Assembly: GCF_037902255.1 (NCBI RefSeq)
Contig: NZ_CP147990.1
Span: 3,060,001 to 3,092,000 of the forward strand
Source: Candidatus Electrothrix sp. GW3-4
GTDB lineage: Bacteria; Desulfobacterota; Desulfobulbia; Desulfobulbales; Desulfobulbaceae
DNA: 32,000 bases
Reading direction: 5' to 3'
Numbering within the stretch: the stretch's first letter is position 1; the number at the start of each line of letters is the position of its first letter. Below are positions 1 through 8,753 of this stretch, in pieces. The notes below the pieces were generated by a model. The model saw only the letters and a list, made by a program, of their open reading frames with translations. It did no database searches and had not been told where the DNA came from. The translations under genes and the position numbers were made by a program.

Positions 1-183
1 ACCGAGGGAAGAGCTGTTGGACGTGTTATCGGTTTCCTTGTCAACAGCGCTCAGGATATTCTCCGCGTCAAGGGAGATGGAGAGGAGTATCTGATACCGT
101 TGATACCGGAATTTCTTCATGCTGTTCATGAAGATGAGGTGACGGTCTCTTTGCCTCCTGGTCTGCTTGAGATCAACAGCTGA
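1..183 (+). CDS. rimM: RimM 16S rRNA-processing protein, 3' end (partial, runs off the window start)
   Basis: Frame 1 is open from nt 1 and reads ...GRVIGFLVNSAQDILRVKGDGEEYLIPLIPEFLHAVHEDEVTVSLPPGLLEINS*, with stop TGA at 181-183. This is a PRC-barrel-like RimM C-terminus. It lies directly upstream of trmD, as in the conserved rimM-trmD-rplS operon. Confidence 0.8.
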   Translation, partial: TEGRAVGRVIGFLVNSAQDILRVKGDGEEYLIPLIPEFLHAVHEDEVTVSLPPGLLEINS

Positions 184-190
184 TGCCCTG

Positions 191-958
191 ATGCGTTTTG
201 AGGTCCTGACAATTTTTCCGGATCTGTTTACCTCTCCTTTACAGGAAGGCATTCTGAAAAGGGCCTTATTGGCTGATCAAATCAGAGTGAACCTCCATAA
301 TATACGGGAGTGGGCCACAGATAAACATGCCATGACCGATGATCGCCCCTTTGGCGGCGGCGAAGGCATGGTAATGAAACCGGAACCATTGGCTGCCTGC
401 CTGAAAGATGTTCAGGCAGACGGCAAAGGAACCGTGGTGCTGCTTTCTCCGCGCGGTGCTGTGTATTCCCAGGAGACGGCAGAACGTTTAGCAGGCCTTG
501 ATAAGCTCATCCTGGTTTGCGGACGGTATGAAGGGGTGGATGAACGCTTCCGACGTCTCTATGTTGACGAGGAGCTGTCCATCGGCGATTATATCCTTAC
601 CGGTGGAGAACTGGCCGCCATGGTGGTGATTGACTCTGTCACCCGGGTGCTGCCAGGTGTCTTGGGTTGTGCAGATTCTGCGGCCAGAGACACCTTCAGT
701 TGCGGGCTCCTGAAACACGGGCAATACACGCGACCTCGTGAGTTTTCTGGACTCAGCGTGCCAGAGGTCTTGCTGAACGGTGATCATGCCCGGATAGAAG
801 AGTACCGCTTTCTCGAATCTGTCCGCGAAACCCTGCATCGTCGACCTGACCTGCTGGGCAAGGTTACGTTTTCAAAGGCGGAAAAAAAACAACTGCGTCG
901 AGCTGGCCTTTTAAATCAGGTCCAGCAGGCCGCAAGCGGACAGCCGCAACAGAACTGA
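191..958 (+). CDS. trmD: tRNA (guanine37-N1)-methyltransferase TrmD
   Basis: The ORF is in the 167..958 frame. The conserved N-terminus begins at ATG 191 (MRFEVLTIFPDLF). TrmD hallmarks are present: FGGGEGMVMKPEP, LVCGRYEGVDERF, SIGDYILTGGELAAMVVIDS. Confidence 0.95.
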   Translation: MRFEVLTIFPDLFTSPLQEGILKRALLADQIRVNLHNIREWATDKHAMTDDRPFGGGEGMVMKPEPLAACLKDVQADGKGTVVLLSPRGAVYSQETAERLAGLDKLILVCGRYEGVDERFRRLYVDEELSIGDYILTGGELAAMVVIDSVTRVLPGVLGCADSAARDTFSCGLLKHGQYTRPREFSGLSVPEVLLNGDHARIEEYRFLESVRETLHRRPDLLGKVTFSKAEKKQLRRAGLLNQVQQAASGQPQQN

Positions 959-962
959 GATA

Positions 963-1541
963 ATGAAGAGAGCTTTTCGTCTTGACATAGCGCTTATCCA
1001 TTATCCGGTTGTGAACAAAAAACAGGAGGTGGTTGGCTCTGCGGTCACCAATCTGGATCTGCATGATATCGCCCGAGCAGGCAGAACTTTTGGGGTCGGA
1101 AGATACTGGGTAGTGACCCCCTATAGGCAGCAACAGGAATTAGCTGCCAGTATTGCGGGCCATTGGACTGAAGGGTATGGCGGCACCGTCAACCCTGATC
1201 GAGCCAATGCCCTGTCTATCATTCAAATCCGAGCGAGCCTTGAGCAGGTTCTTGCAGATATAAATGAGCAAGACGGGACAGCGCCTCTGGTGGTGGCCAC
1301 CAGCGCCAGTCCACTGTGTAAAAAAATAAGTTTTCAAGGAGTACGGAGCACGTTGCAAGCAGGAAAATCAGTGCTCCTTCTGCTCGGAACCGCTTGGGGC
1401 CTGGCACCTGAGGTGCTTGAGCGAACTGATGCAGCCTTACCCCCGATCACAGGACCGGGGACCTATAATCATCTCTCGGTACGTTCAGCGGCCTCGATTT
1501 GCTTAGATCGGCTGTGCGGGAATTGGGAAGAGGTTGGTTGA
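963..1541 (+). CDS. Putative SPOUT (alpha/beta-knot)-like RNA methyltransferase family protein, uncharacterised
   Basis: A 192-aa ORF starts 4 nt after the trmD stop. Its N-terminus ([38 protein letters not shown]) resembles, from memory, the PF09936/DUF2168-type 'SAM-dependent RNA methyltransferase' family, which often sits between trmD and rplS in delta-proteobacteria. Not verified by search. Confidence 0.55.
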   Translation: MKRAFRLDIALIHYPVVNKKQEVVGSAVTNLDLHDIARAGRTFGVGRYWVVTPYRQQQELAASIAGHWTEGYGGTVNPDRANALSIIQIRASLEQVLADINEQDGTAPLVVATSASPLCKKISFQGVRSTLQAGKSVLLLLGTAWGLAPEVLERTDAALPPITGPGTYNHLSVRSAASICLDRLCGNWEEVG

Positions 1542-1660
1542 ACAGTTCAAGCCAAATTGAAGAGAAAAAGAAAAATTCGTTAGTAGATAGATATAATCTG
1601 GGGTGGAACGGAGGCATCCATTGGATGTTGCGAGAACAATATCCGCAAAAAAATAAGACT

Positions 1661-2011
1661 ATGAATATTATTGATAAGATTGATCAGGAGCAGATGCGTT
1701 TTGACCTGCCGGATTTTCGTCCGGGAGATACGGTAAAAGTGCATATACGCATTATTGAGGGAAATAAAGAACGCGTTCAGATCTTTCAGGGTGTTGTCCT
1801 GAAAAGAAAACGTGGTATGATGGATGCCACCTTTACGGTGCGCAAAATTTCACATGGTGGCATTGGCGTTGAAAAGACCTTTGCCCTTCATTCTCCTCGT
1901 CTTGAAACCATTGAAATTGTTTCCGAAGGCCGGGTACGTCGTTCTCGTCTGTACTACTTGCGTGACCGTCGGGGTAAAGCAGCTCGTATTCGCGAGCGCG
2001 GAAGGATGTAA
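1661..2011 (+). CDS. rplS: 50S ribosomal protein L19
   Basis: [50 protein letters not shown]... is a canonical L19 sequence. Start taken at ATG 1661; the 54-codon upstream extension in the ORF track (from 1499) overlaps the previous gene and is not L19-like. Confidence 0.95.
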   Translation: MNIIDKIDQEQMRFDLPDFRPGDTVKVHIRIIEGNKERVQIFQGVVLKRKRGMMDATFTVRKISHGGIGVEKTFALHSPRLETIEIVSEGRVRRSRLYYLRDRRGKAARIRERGRM

Positions 2012-2061
2012 AGCAAAAAAAGGCAGACTCATTCTTGTGAAGAGGTGCGGTTGTACATACC

Positions 2062-2787
2062 ATGCGTAAAAATACTCCTCCCTCTTCCTCTCCCTTCCTT
2101 TTGCCGTCGCTCCCAGACGCGGATACCTTTGCCTTTGAGCGGAGCCTGAAAAAACAAGGCTTCCTTCACGTTGCCGGGGTTGATGAGGCCGGACGTGGCC
2201 CTTTGGCTGGTCCTGTTGTTGCAGGATGCGTTATCTTCTCACCCAAGTGTGACACCTCACCCTACCAAGATTCCAAAAAGATTACAGCTCGCCAGCGCGA
2301 CATCCTTTTCAAGACGCTCTCCCATTCCAAGGCAGCAATAGGTATCGGAATTGCCGATCCTGCTGAAATTGACCGGATAAATATCCTCCAGGCCTCCCTG
2401 CTTGCTATGCAGCGGGCAGTGCAAGACTGTGCCGAGAACAGTGGTCTCTCGCCTGACTTTCTCTTGGTTGACGGCACCTTCAAAGTGCCCCTGGAGCTCC
2501 CTCAACAACCGCTGACCAAAGGCGAGTCAAAAAGCGCCTCAATAGCAGCCGCCTCAATCATCGCCAAAGTCACCAGAGACCGCATCATGGCGGAATATCA
2601 TCTTCAGTACCCCCAATATAATTTCCAGCAACATAAAGGATACCCAACCAAGGCACACCGGGCGGCTATAGCTGAATTCGGCCCTTCTTCTCTCCACAGA
2701 AAGACCTTTAAAGGCGTTCGAGAGTTTTTTCAGGAAGGTACGTCTGTAGAAGAGCAGGCAGAGCAAAAATACTTATGGAAGGAGTAG
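2062..2787 (+). CDS. rnhB: Ribonuclease HII
   Basis: Contains AGVDEAGRGPLAGPVVAGCV (the DEAGRG catalytic motif), LLVDG and KGESKSASIAAASIIAKVTRD. Its position after rplS is typical. Confidence 0.95.
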   Translation: MRKNTPPSSSPFLLPSLPDADTFAFERSLKKQGFLHVAGVDEAGRGPLAGPVVAGCVIFSPKCDTSPYQDSKKITARQRDILFKTLSHSKAAIGIGIADPAEIDRINILQASLLAMQRAVQDCAENSGLSPDFLLVDGTFKVPLELPQQPLTKGESKSASIAAASIIAKVTRDRIMAEYHLQYPQYNFQQHKGYPTKAHRAAIAEFGPSSLHRKTFKGVREFFQEGTSVEEQAEQKYLWKE

Positions 2788-2988
2788 CATTTTCTCCAAG
2801 AGAAGCGTGAAGTAATTACGCTCACCTCATCTCTCTCACAGAGCCGTACATACATGGACTGACCGTCGATGCTGGCAACGCCCCTGGAGTCTTGCTTATA
2901 CCTGCGATTCGAATTGTCTCCCCTCTTTCCCCCTCTGGTCGGGATGACGCCTGTGTGCCGCAGGCTGGGTTTGCCCACCCGCCATGCC

Positions 2989-3027
2989 TGGGCAAACAAA
3001 AATGGCAGAGCCTTGCGGCTCTGCCAT
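2989..3027 (-). terminator. Rho-independent terminator downstream of nifK
   Basis: The minus strand reads ATGGCAGAGCC-GCAA-GGCTCTGCCAT, an 11-bp perfect stem, followed by TTTTTGTTTGCC, 38 nt after the nifK stop. A second 9-bp hairpin (GTTTGCCCA/TGGGCAAAC, 2968..2997) abuts it. Confidence 0.8.
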
Positions 3028-3064
3028 CCTGTTCTTCCTCTTTACTTCCTGTACAGTCCTTCTC

Positions 3065-4438
3065 TTACAGCACCAGCTCGAACTTGGTTTCAGGATCATC
3101 CCGATCTTTGCGATCAAGCAAAACGGTGAGGATCTTCTCCAAGAGGCGGAGACCTCCTTTGTAGCCGACCGTGGGAAAGTACTGATGCCCCTGACGATCC
3201 AGGATAGGAAAGCCCCAGCGAATAAAGGGTACGTCCTCATCACGGGCAATGTACTTGCCGTAAGTGTTGCTGATCAGCAGATCCACCGGCTCATTCTTCA
3301 TCCACTGATGGAGGAGGAAGAAGTCGCCTTTTGCCTTAACATTGACCTCATAAGGCATATCTGCTGTGATCTCCTTAATGCGCTTCTCGAACTTCTTGCC
3401 CGGAGTACCGGTAATAATGTGGACCGGACACATATCAATGGAGACCAGGAACTCTGTCATGGCGATGAGCTGATCCGGGTCGCCAGCCAAGGCCACCTTC
3501 TTGTTATAGAAATACTGGTGCATATCGGAAATCAGGTCCACCAGCTGACCGCGCTCGGTCATGATTTCCTCGGGCACGTTGACACCGGCCAAGGTGCGCA
3601 GGGCCTCGATAAAACGATCCGTCGCTTTCAGACCAAAGGGCATATCCAGCACGGTGCAGGGTACCTTGTATTTTTTGTCCAGCTGGCGCGCCGCATCGGC
3701 TGAGCACCACTCGCCCAGGGCCAGGGTACCGGTTGAGTCAGCAGTGGACTGCAGCTCCGCAATAGTGGTTCCGCCTGCCGGAAACATCTTATACTCACCG
3801 GTCAGTGGGCTGTTAAGCACGCCCGAGGTGTCTGGAAACATGATGGTGGAAACACCCATCAATTTGCTGATCCGTTTGAGCTCTTCCATGTCGCAAGGCT
3901 CAACCCAGCCGGGAATGAGATTCACCTTGCCGTTCTTCTTGCCTGTAGGCTCGGCCAGCTCGGTCATCGCCTTAACCATATTGGAGAACCCGGTCACATG
4001 GGAACCGACATAGCTGGGCGTGGATGCGCCAATGACGTATTTACCTTCCGGGATCTTGCCTTCCGTGATCGCCTTCTTGCGAATCTGGGGTAGATCGTCG
4101 CCGATAGTCTCGGACAGACAGGTGGTATGCACTGCCACGATGTCCGGGTTATACACCGTAAAGATATTGTTGAAGGCCTGGGTCAGGTTGGCCTGGCCCC
4201 CGAACACGGACGCGCCTTCAGTGAAAGAGCTGGTTCCGGCGGAAATAGGCTCTTTATAATGCCGGGTCAGGGTTGAACGATGATAAGCGCAGCAACCCTG
4301 GGAACCGTGGCTGTGCGGCAGGCATCCGTGAATGCCCAGCGCCGCATACATGGCACCGATAGGCTGGCAGGTCTTGGCCGGATTAATGGTCAGGGCCTTG
4401 CGCTCGCTGATTTCTTTGGGAGTATGTCGTAATAACAT
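3065..4438 (-). CDS. nifK: Nitrogenase MoFe protein beta chain NifK
   Basis: 457 aa. INPAKTCQPIGAMYAALGIHGCLPHSHGSQGCCAYHR carries the P-cluster Cys residues, and TTCLSETIGDDL is present. It follows nifD, with a GAGG ribosome-binding site upstream. Confidence 0.95.
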   Translation of the reverse strand: MLLRHTPKEISERKALTINPAKTCQPIGAMYAALGIHGCLPHSHGSQGCCAYHRSTLTRHYKEPISAGTSSFTEGASVFGGQANLTQAFNNIFTVYNPDIVAVHTTCLSETIGDDLPQIRKKAITEGKIPEGKYVIGASTPSYVGSHVTGFSNMVKAMTELAEPTGKKNGKVNLIPGWVEPCDMEELKRISKLMGVSTIMFPDTSGVLNSPLTGEYKMFPAGGTTIAELQSTADSTGTLALGEWCSADAARQLDKKYKVPCTVLDMPFGLKATDRFIEALRTLAGVNVPEEIMTERGQLVDLISDMHQYFYNKKVALAGDPDQLIAMTEFLVSIDMCPVHIITGTPGKKFEKRIKEITADMPYEVNVKAKGDFFLLHQWMKNEPVDLLISNTYGKYIARDEDVPFIRWGFPILDRQGHQYFPTVGYKGGLRLLEKILTVLLDRKDRDDPETKFELVL

Positions 4439-4461
4439 CCTGTGTTACCTCGTATTTTCAT

Positions 4462-4484
4462 GCAGGGGCACGGCGTGCCCCTGC
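4462..4484 (-). repeat. GC-rich hairpin (REP-like family member) in the nifD-nifK spacer
   Basis: The + strand reads GCAGGGGCAC-GGC-GTGCCCCTGC, a 10-bp perfect stem, followed by TGTTTTTTT. On the nif (minus) transcript the hairpin is preceded by an A-run, not followed by a U-run. Confidence 0.6.
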
Positions 4485-4507
4485 TGTTTTTTTCCGCATG
4501 TTGAATC

Positions 4508-4535
4508 GTAGGGACGACCGGCGGGTCGCCCCTAC
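4508..4535 (-). repeat. REP-like hairpin GTAGGGGCGACC..GGTCGTCCCTAC in the nifD-nifK spacer
   Basis: The minus strand reads GTAGGGGCGACC-CGCC-GGTCGTCCCTAC, a 12-bp stem with one bulge. It shares the GTAGGGGC head with copies at 6985, 25210, 29934 and 29985. Confidence 0.55.
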
Positions 4536-4545
4536 ATATCCCGGA

Positions 4546-6189
4546 TTATTCCCAGACAAAGGTGCCAGAAAGCTGCGGATTATCCTGCCACGGAGCCTTC
4601 ATATAGCTCCAGACCTTACTGCTTACCAACCGATCAATCTCCTTATAGAAATTGATCGCACCCTTGAAGCCAGCATAAGGTCCACCAGAATCGTAGCTGT
4701 GCAGCTGCTTCATGGGCACGCCCAACTTCTGGATGGAGAATTTCTCTTTGATACCAGCGCAAAAGATATCCGGTTTCATCAGCTCAACCAGTTTCTCGGC
4801 CTCGTACTGGTTCAAATCATCAATAACCAGGGTGCCGTCTTCCATATCCGGGGCAAGCCCTTCGTAATCCTTGAACTTCAAACCCTTTTCTTCCAGGGTC
4901 TTCAAGGCCTCCTCGGTCTTGCGCGGGCTGTAGCGTTCTGGATCGGCCTCAACCTCAAGCTCCTCAATGTTCCGGCTGTCCGCATCAAGCTTGATAAACG
5001 GCAGCACCCGACGCCCCTCATAGTCATCACGATGGGCAAACTCGTATCCGGCAGAGATAGTCTTCATACCCAGCTCGTTAAAGAGCTCCTGGTAATGATG
5101 GGCTCTGGAACCACCCACAAACATCATGGCTGTCTTTCCCTTGGTACGATCCTGAGCATCTTTGGCTGCTGCATCCACCTCAGGCATTTCTTCGGCAATG
5201 ACCGCTTCCACCTTGTCGATCAATTTCTGATCTTCAAAATAGGCGGCAATCTTACGCAATGACTTGGCTGTCGCCTCGGCACCGATGAAGTTGACCTTGA
5301 TCCACGGGATACCGAATTTGGTTTCCAGCATGTCGGCCACATAGTTGATGGACCGATGACACATAACTGCGTTCAGATCTGCCTGATGGGCCGTGGCAAA
5401 CTGCTCATAGGTGGAGTTGCCAGAAAAAGTCGAGATATTGGTGATACCGCATTTTTTAAAGACCCGATCAATCTCAAACCCGTCGCCACCGATGTTATAC
5501 TCACCCAGCAGGTTAATCTTGTATTTCCCCTCCACCGGCTCGTCATTCTCGCCCACGATATGGCGAAAAACCTGATTATTGGCAATATGATGGCCCGCAG
5601 ACTGAGAAACACCCTTATACCCCTCACAGCTGAAGGCGTAGACATTGCAGTCGCCGAACTTCTCCTTCATCTGCCTGGATACGGTATGAATGTCATCACC
5701 GATCAGGCCCACCGGACAGGTAGCGAAAATAGCGATGGACTTGGGATGAAACAGGTCGTAGGCCTCCTGAATGGCTGTGGCCAGCTTCTTTTCCCCACCG
5801 AAAATGATATCCTGATCCTGCATATCAGTGGAAAAACAGTAGTTCATAAAGTTTTCGCCATCCGGGCCTTCCGGGCCAGGATCGGTCTGGTTACGTCGGG
5901 TCAACCAAGCGTAAAAGCTACACCCAATGGGTCCATGGACCAGATTGACGATATCGCGTGTCGGCCCCATAATAACGCCCTTACAACCGGCGTAGGTACA
6001 CCCGCGCATGGTGATGATGCCTGGAATGGTACGAACGTTGGCCGTGATTTCCGGCGTACCGTTCTCCAGGGCCTCGTTAATCATTATCTGCTTGGCGCGT
6101 TTACGGGCCACCTTGGGCGGATACTTCTTGATCAGCTCCGCCTTAATATCGGTGGGATCCCACTGCACCAGTTTTTCTGCTGCTCCCAT
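4546..6189 (-). CDS. nifD: Nitrogenase MoFe protein alpha chain NifD
   Basis: 547 aa. P-cluster Cys residues lie in RGCTYAGCKG, HGPIGC and ATCPVG. FeMo-co ligands lie in AVMCHRS (Cys) and KQLHSYD (His). There is no delta-subunit gene between D and K, so this is a Mo-type enzyme. Confidence 0.95.
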   Translation of the reverse strand: MGAAEKLVQWDPTDIKAELIKKYPPKVARKRAKQIMINEALENGTPEITANVRTIPGIITMRGCTYAGCKGVIMGPTRDIVNLVHGPIGCSFYAWLTRRNQTDPGPEGPDGENFMNYCFSTDMQDQDIIFGGEKKLATAIQEAYDLFHPKSIAIFATCPVGLIGDDIHTVSRQMKEKFGDCNVYAFSCEGYKGVSQSAGHHIANNQVFRHIVGENDEPVEGKYKINLLGEYNIGGDGFEIDRVFKKCGITNISTFSGNSTYEQFATAHQADLNAVMCHRSINYVADMLETKFGIPWIKVNFIGAEATAKSLRKIAAYFEDQKLIDKVEAVIAEEMPEVDAAAKDAQDRTKGKTAMMFVGGSRAHHYQELFNELGMKTISAGYEFAHRDDYEGRRVLPFIKLDADSRNIEELEVEADPERYSPRKTEEALKTLEEKGLKFKDYEGLAPDMEDGTLVIDDLNQYEAEKLVELMKPDIFCAGIKEKFSIQKLGVPMKQLHSYDSGGPYAGFKGAINFYKEIDRLVSSKVWSYMKAPWQDNPQLSGTFVWE

Positions 6190-6218
6190 ATTGTTCTCCT
6201 CAAATTTCCTGTTCAGGT

Positions 6219-6593
6219 TCAGACGATAGCCGCTTCACCCTTCTCTCCGGTCCGAACCCGGACGGAATCAGCTACTGGCAGGACAAAAATCTTGCCGTCA
6301 CCGGGCTTGCCGGTCTGGTTGGGCGCGATAATAGCCTGAACAACATCGTCAACCTTATCGTCTTCAACCACCACGGTTACCACTCGCTTGGGATAAAGCT
6401 TTCCTTTTTCTCCCAGCACGGCTGCCGCTTCTTCGTATCCCTCATCGACCCCCTCAAGCACCTTAGGATTGGCGAATCCTTTGCCCCGGCCCTGGGCCTC
6501 GCGGACAAAATACGCGTCAACCCCGGCATCGCTTAAGGCCTGCTTGGTCTGGTTCATCATATTGATGCGTACCACAGCGATGACTTCTTTCAT
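6219..6593 (-). CDS. nifI2: PII-like nitrogenase regulator NifI2 (GlnB family)
   Basis: 124 aa with a PII fold signature (MKEVIAVVRINMMNQTKQALSDAGVDAYFVREAQGRGKG...). It is the second of two PII genes between nifH and nifD. Its start overlaps the nifI1 stop by 1 nt (TAATG). Confidence 0.85.
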   Translation of the reverse strand: MKEVIAVVRINMMNQTKQALSDAGVDAYFVREAQGRGKGFANPKVLEGVDEGYEEAAAVLGEKGKLYPKRVVTVVVEDDKVDDVVQAIIAPNQTGKPGDGKIFVLPVADSVRVRTGEKGEAAIV

Positions 6594-6937
6594 TACGCGG
6601 CCTCCTCGACTGCTCCTTCTTTCACTCCGGAACTGATGGTATAGACGTCCTCAACCTCACTGACAAAGATCTTACCGTCACCAAAGGCACCCTTTTCAGA
6701 GGTCCTGGCTGTATCCATGATGGTTTGGATAACAAAATCTTTATCTTCGTCCCGCACGACGGACATGAGCATCATCTTCGGAATCTCATCATAGGTGACA
6801 TCACCGATTTTAATACCACGTTGTTTACCGCGTCCAGCAACAGAATATTTGGTCACTGCCGGAAAGCCCGCATCCATGAGGGCAGCAAGAACTTCATCGG
6901 ATTTCTCCGGCCGAACAATGGCTCTGATCATTAACAT
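6593..6937 (-). CDS. nifI1: PII-like nitrogenase regulator NifI1 (GlnB family)
   Basis: 114 aa: MIRAIVRPEKSDEVLAALMDAGFPAVTKYSVAGRGKQRGIKIG, a PII T-loop region. It is the first gene after nifH and has an AGGAGA ribosome-binding site. Confidence 0.85.
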   Translation of the reverse strand: MLMIRAIVRPEKSDEVLAALMDAGFPAVTKYSVAGRGKQRGIKIGDVTYDEIPKMMLMSVVRDEDKDFVIQTIMDTARTSEKGAFGDGKIFVSEVEDVYTISSGVKEGAVEEAA

Positions 6938-6984
6938 GAGTTATTCTCCTGAAATATTATATATAGACGATTCTGTGGTGATCT

Positions 6985-7012
6985 GTAGGGACAACGGCAC
7001 ACCGCCCCCTAC
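6985..7012 (-). repeat. REP-like hairpin in the nifH-nifI1 spacer
   Basis: The minus strand reads GTAGGGGGCGGTGTGCCGTTGTCCCTAC, with GTAGGG/CCCTAC forming the stem base. A further imperfect hairpin (GCCCCCTGTGGTCGCC...GGCGACACGGGGC) lies at about 7039..7083. Confidence 0.5.
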
Positions 7013-7104
7013 CGTTTTATTCCCGCACGCCGGGTTGAGCCCCCTGTGGTCGCCTTTTTTCTGCAACCGGGGCGACACGGGGCCCAGCCCCTAAACGCCC
7101 GGTG

Positions 7105-7986
<882 letters not shown>

Positions 7987-8035
7987 TTAGATGTTTGCGT
8001 CGAGAACATCTTTGTGTCATTGTTGCTCCCTATAT

Positions 8036-8051
8036 AGCAAGTGCCGTGCCG
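8036..8051 (-). promoter_or_regulatory. Sigma-54 (-24/-12) promoter of the nifH operon
   Basis: The minus strand reads cGGCAC-GGCAC-TTGCT, against the consensus TGGCAC-N5-TTGCW. GG-N10-GC spacing is exact. It lies about 105 nt upstream of the nifH ATG. Confidence 0.65.
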
Positions 8052-8146
8052 TTCGAGATATTTTTTTTATACTGTTTAATATTAACTAGCTACATACAAT
8101 GCGCTATTACAGGAGACAAACTGACTGTTTTTTCTTACAACTGTTC

Positions 8147-8162
8147 TGTTCTGTTGTTTACA
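8147..8162. promoter_or_regulatory. Candidate NifA upstream activator sequence (TGT-N10-ACA)
   Basis: TGTtctgttgtttACA is an exact TGT-N10-ACA match, about 100 bp upstream of the -24/-12 element. An A/T-rich tract (8056..8100) lies between them and could bend DNA or bind IHF. Confidence 0.45.
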
Positions 8163-8219
8163 TTTAAGAAGGTGCGCTCCGTTTTTGTCGACACGTTGCA
8201 CTACAACAGATTGTGATGA

Positions 8220-8254
8220 GCAGTTGAAAAGCCCTTGCAAGGTATTTCAACTGC
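8220..8254. promoter_or_regulatory. 35-nt inverted repeat (possible operator or structured element) upstream of the cassette
   Basis: GCAGTTGAAA-agCCTTGCAAGGta-TTTCAACTGC has 10-bp perfect outer arms and an inner 10-bp palindrome, CCTTGCAAGG. No T-run follows on either strand, so it is not a classic terminator. Confidence 0.4.
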
Positions 8255-8352
8255 TGATGGATGAAAAAATTACTACAGTATATCAGTCTGTTTTGTTATA
8301 GTTTGATTTGTCATCAACATGATCCCTATGAATTCTACCGAAGGAACATATT

Positions 8353-8745
8353 ATGGAACCCGTTATTACCAGCATTGCTGCGGCTGTTGCCCTTGGAGCG
8401 GCGGCAGGACTCAAGGATACAGCGTCAAAGGCTGTGACAGATGCCTATGCCGGGCTAAAGAAGTTGATTCAGGATCGATACAATAAGGATGAAGATGTGA
8501 CTGATGCGTTTGATTATCTGGTCAAGAAACCGGAGGCGGAGGGCAGGCAGCAGGAGCTGGCAAAGGCCCTGCAGGAAGTCGAAGCGGATAAGGAGCATGA
8601 GCTGGTTCATGCGGCTGAAGCCTTGCTGGCAGAAGTGGAGAAGCAGCCGGGCGGAGAAGAAGCTGTCAACCACATTGTTAATCAGTTGATAATAGGGGAC
8701 GGAAACATCGTTGCCGGTGCAGGGGACGTGAATATCAAGCTCTGA
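8353..8745 (+). CDS. Small helical protein with a glycine-zipper-like N-terminus and a C-terminal NQxxxGDxNIVAGxxDVNI motif (candidate effector or adaptor of the adjacent NLR-like NTPase)
   Basis: 130-aa ORF with a GAAGGAA ribosome-binding site 8 nt upstream. The N-terminus is ITSIAAAVALGAAAGL, the middle is charged and helical, and the C-terminus is NQLIIGDGNIVAGAGDVNIKL*. That tail is repeated at the N-terminus of the next gene. Confidence 0.65.
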   Translation: MEPVITSIAAAVALGAAAGLKDTASKAVTDAYAGLKKLIQDRYNKDEDVTDAFDYLVKKPEAEGRQQELAKALQEVEADKEHELVHAAEALLAEVEKQPGGEEAVNHIVNQLIIGDGNIVAGAGDVNIKL

Positions 8746-8753
8746 GCTCTCCT

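Noticed and set aside
2860-2960. tRNA-like T-loop string (ATTCGAAT) in the rnhB-nifK spacer.
   Set aside because: The flanking bases do not form a T-stem, acceptor stem or D-arm on either strand.
4462-4493. Annotating the GCAGGGGCAC/GTGCCCCTGC + T-run as a functional + strand terminator feature.
   Set aside because: No + strand gene is upstream of it. I kept it as a repeat or hairpin with a hypothesis (see findings) rather than a terminator call.
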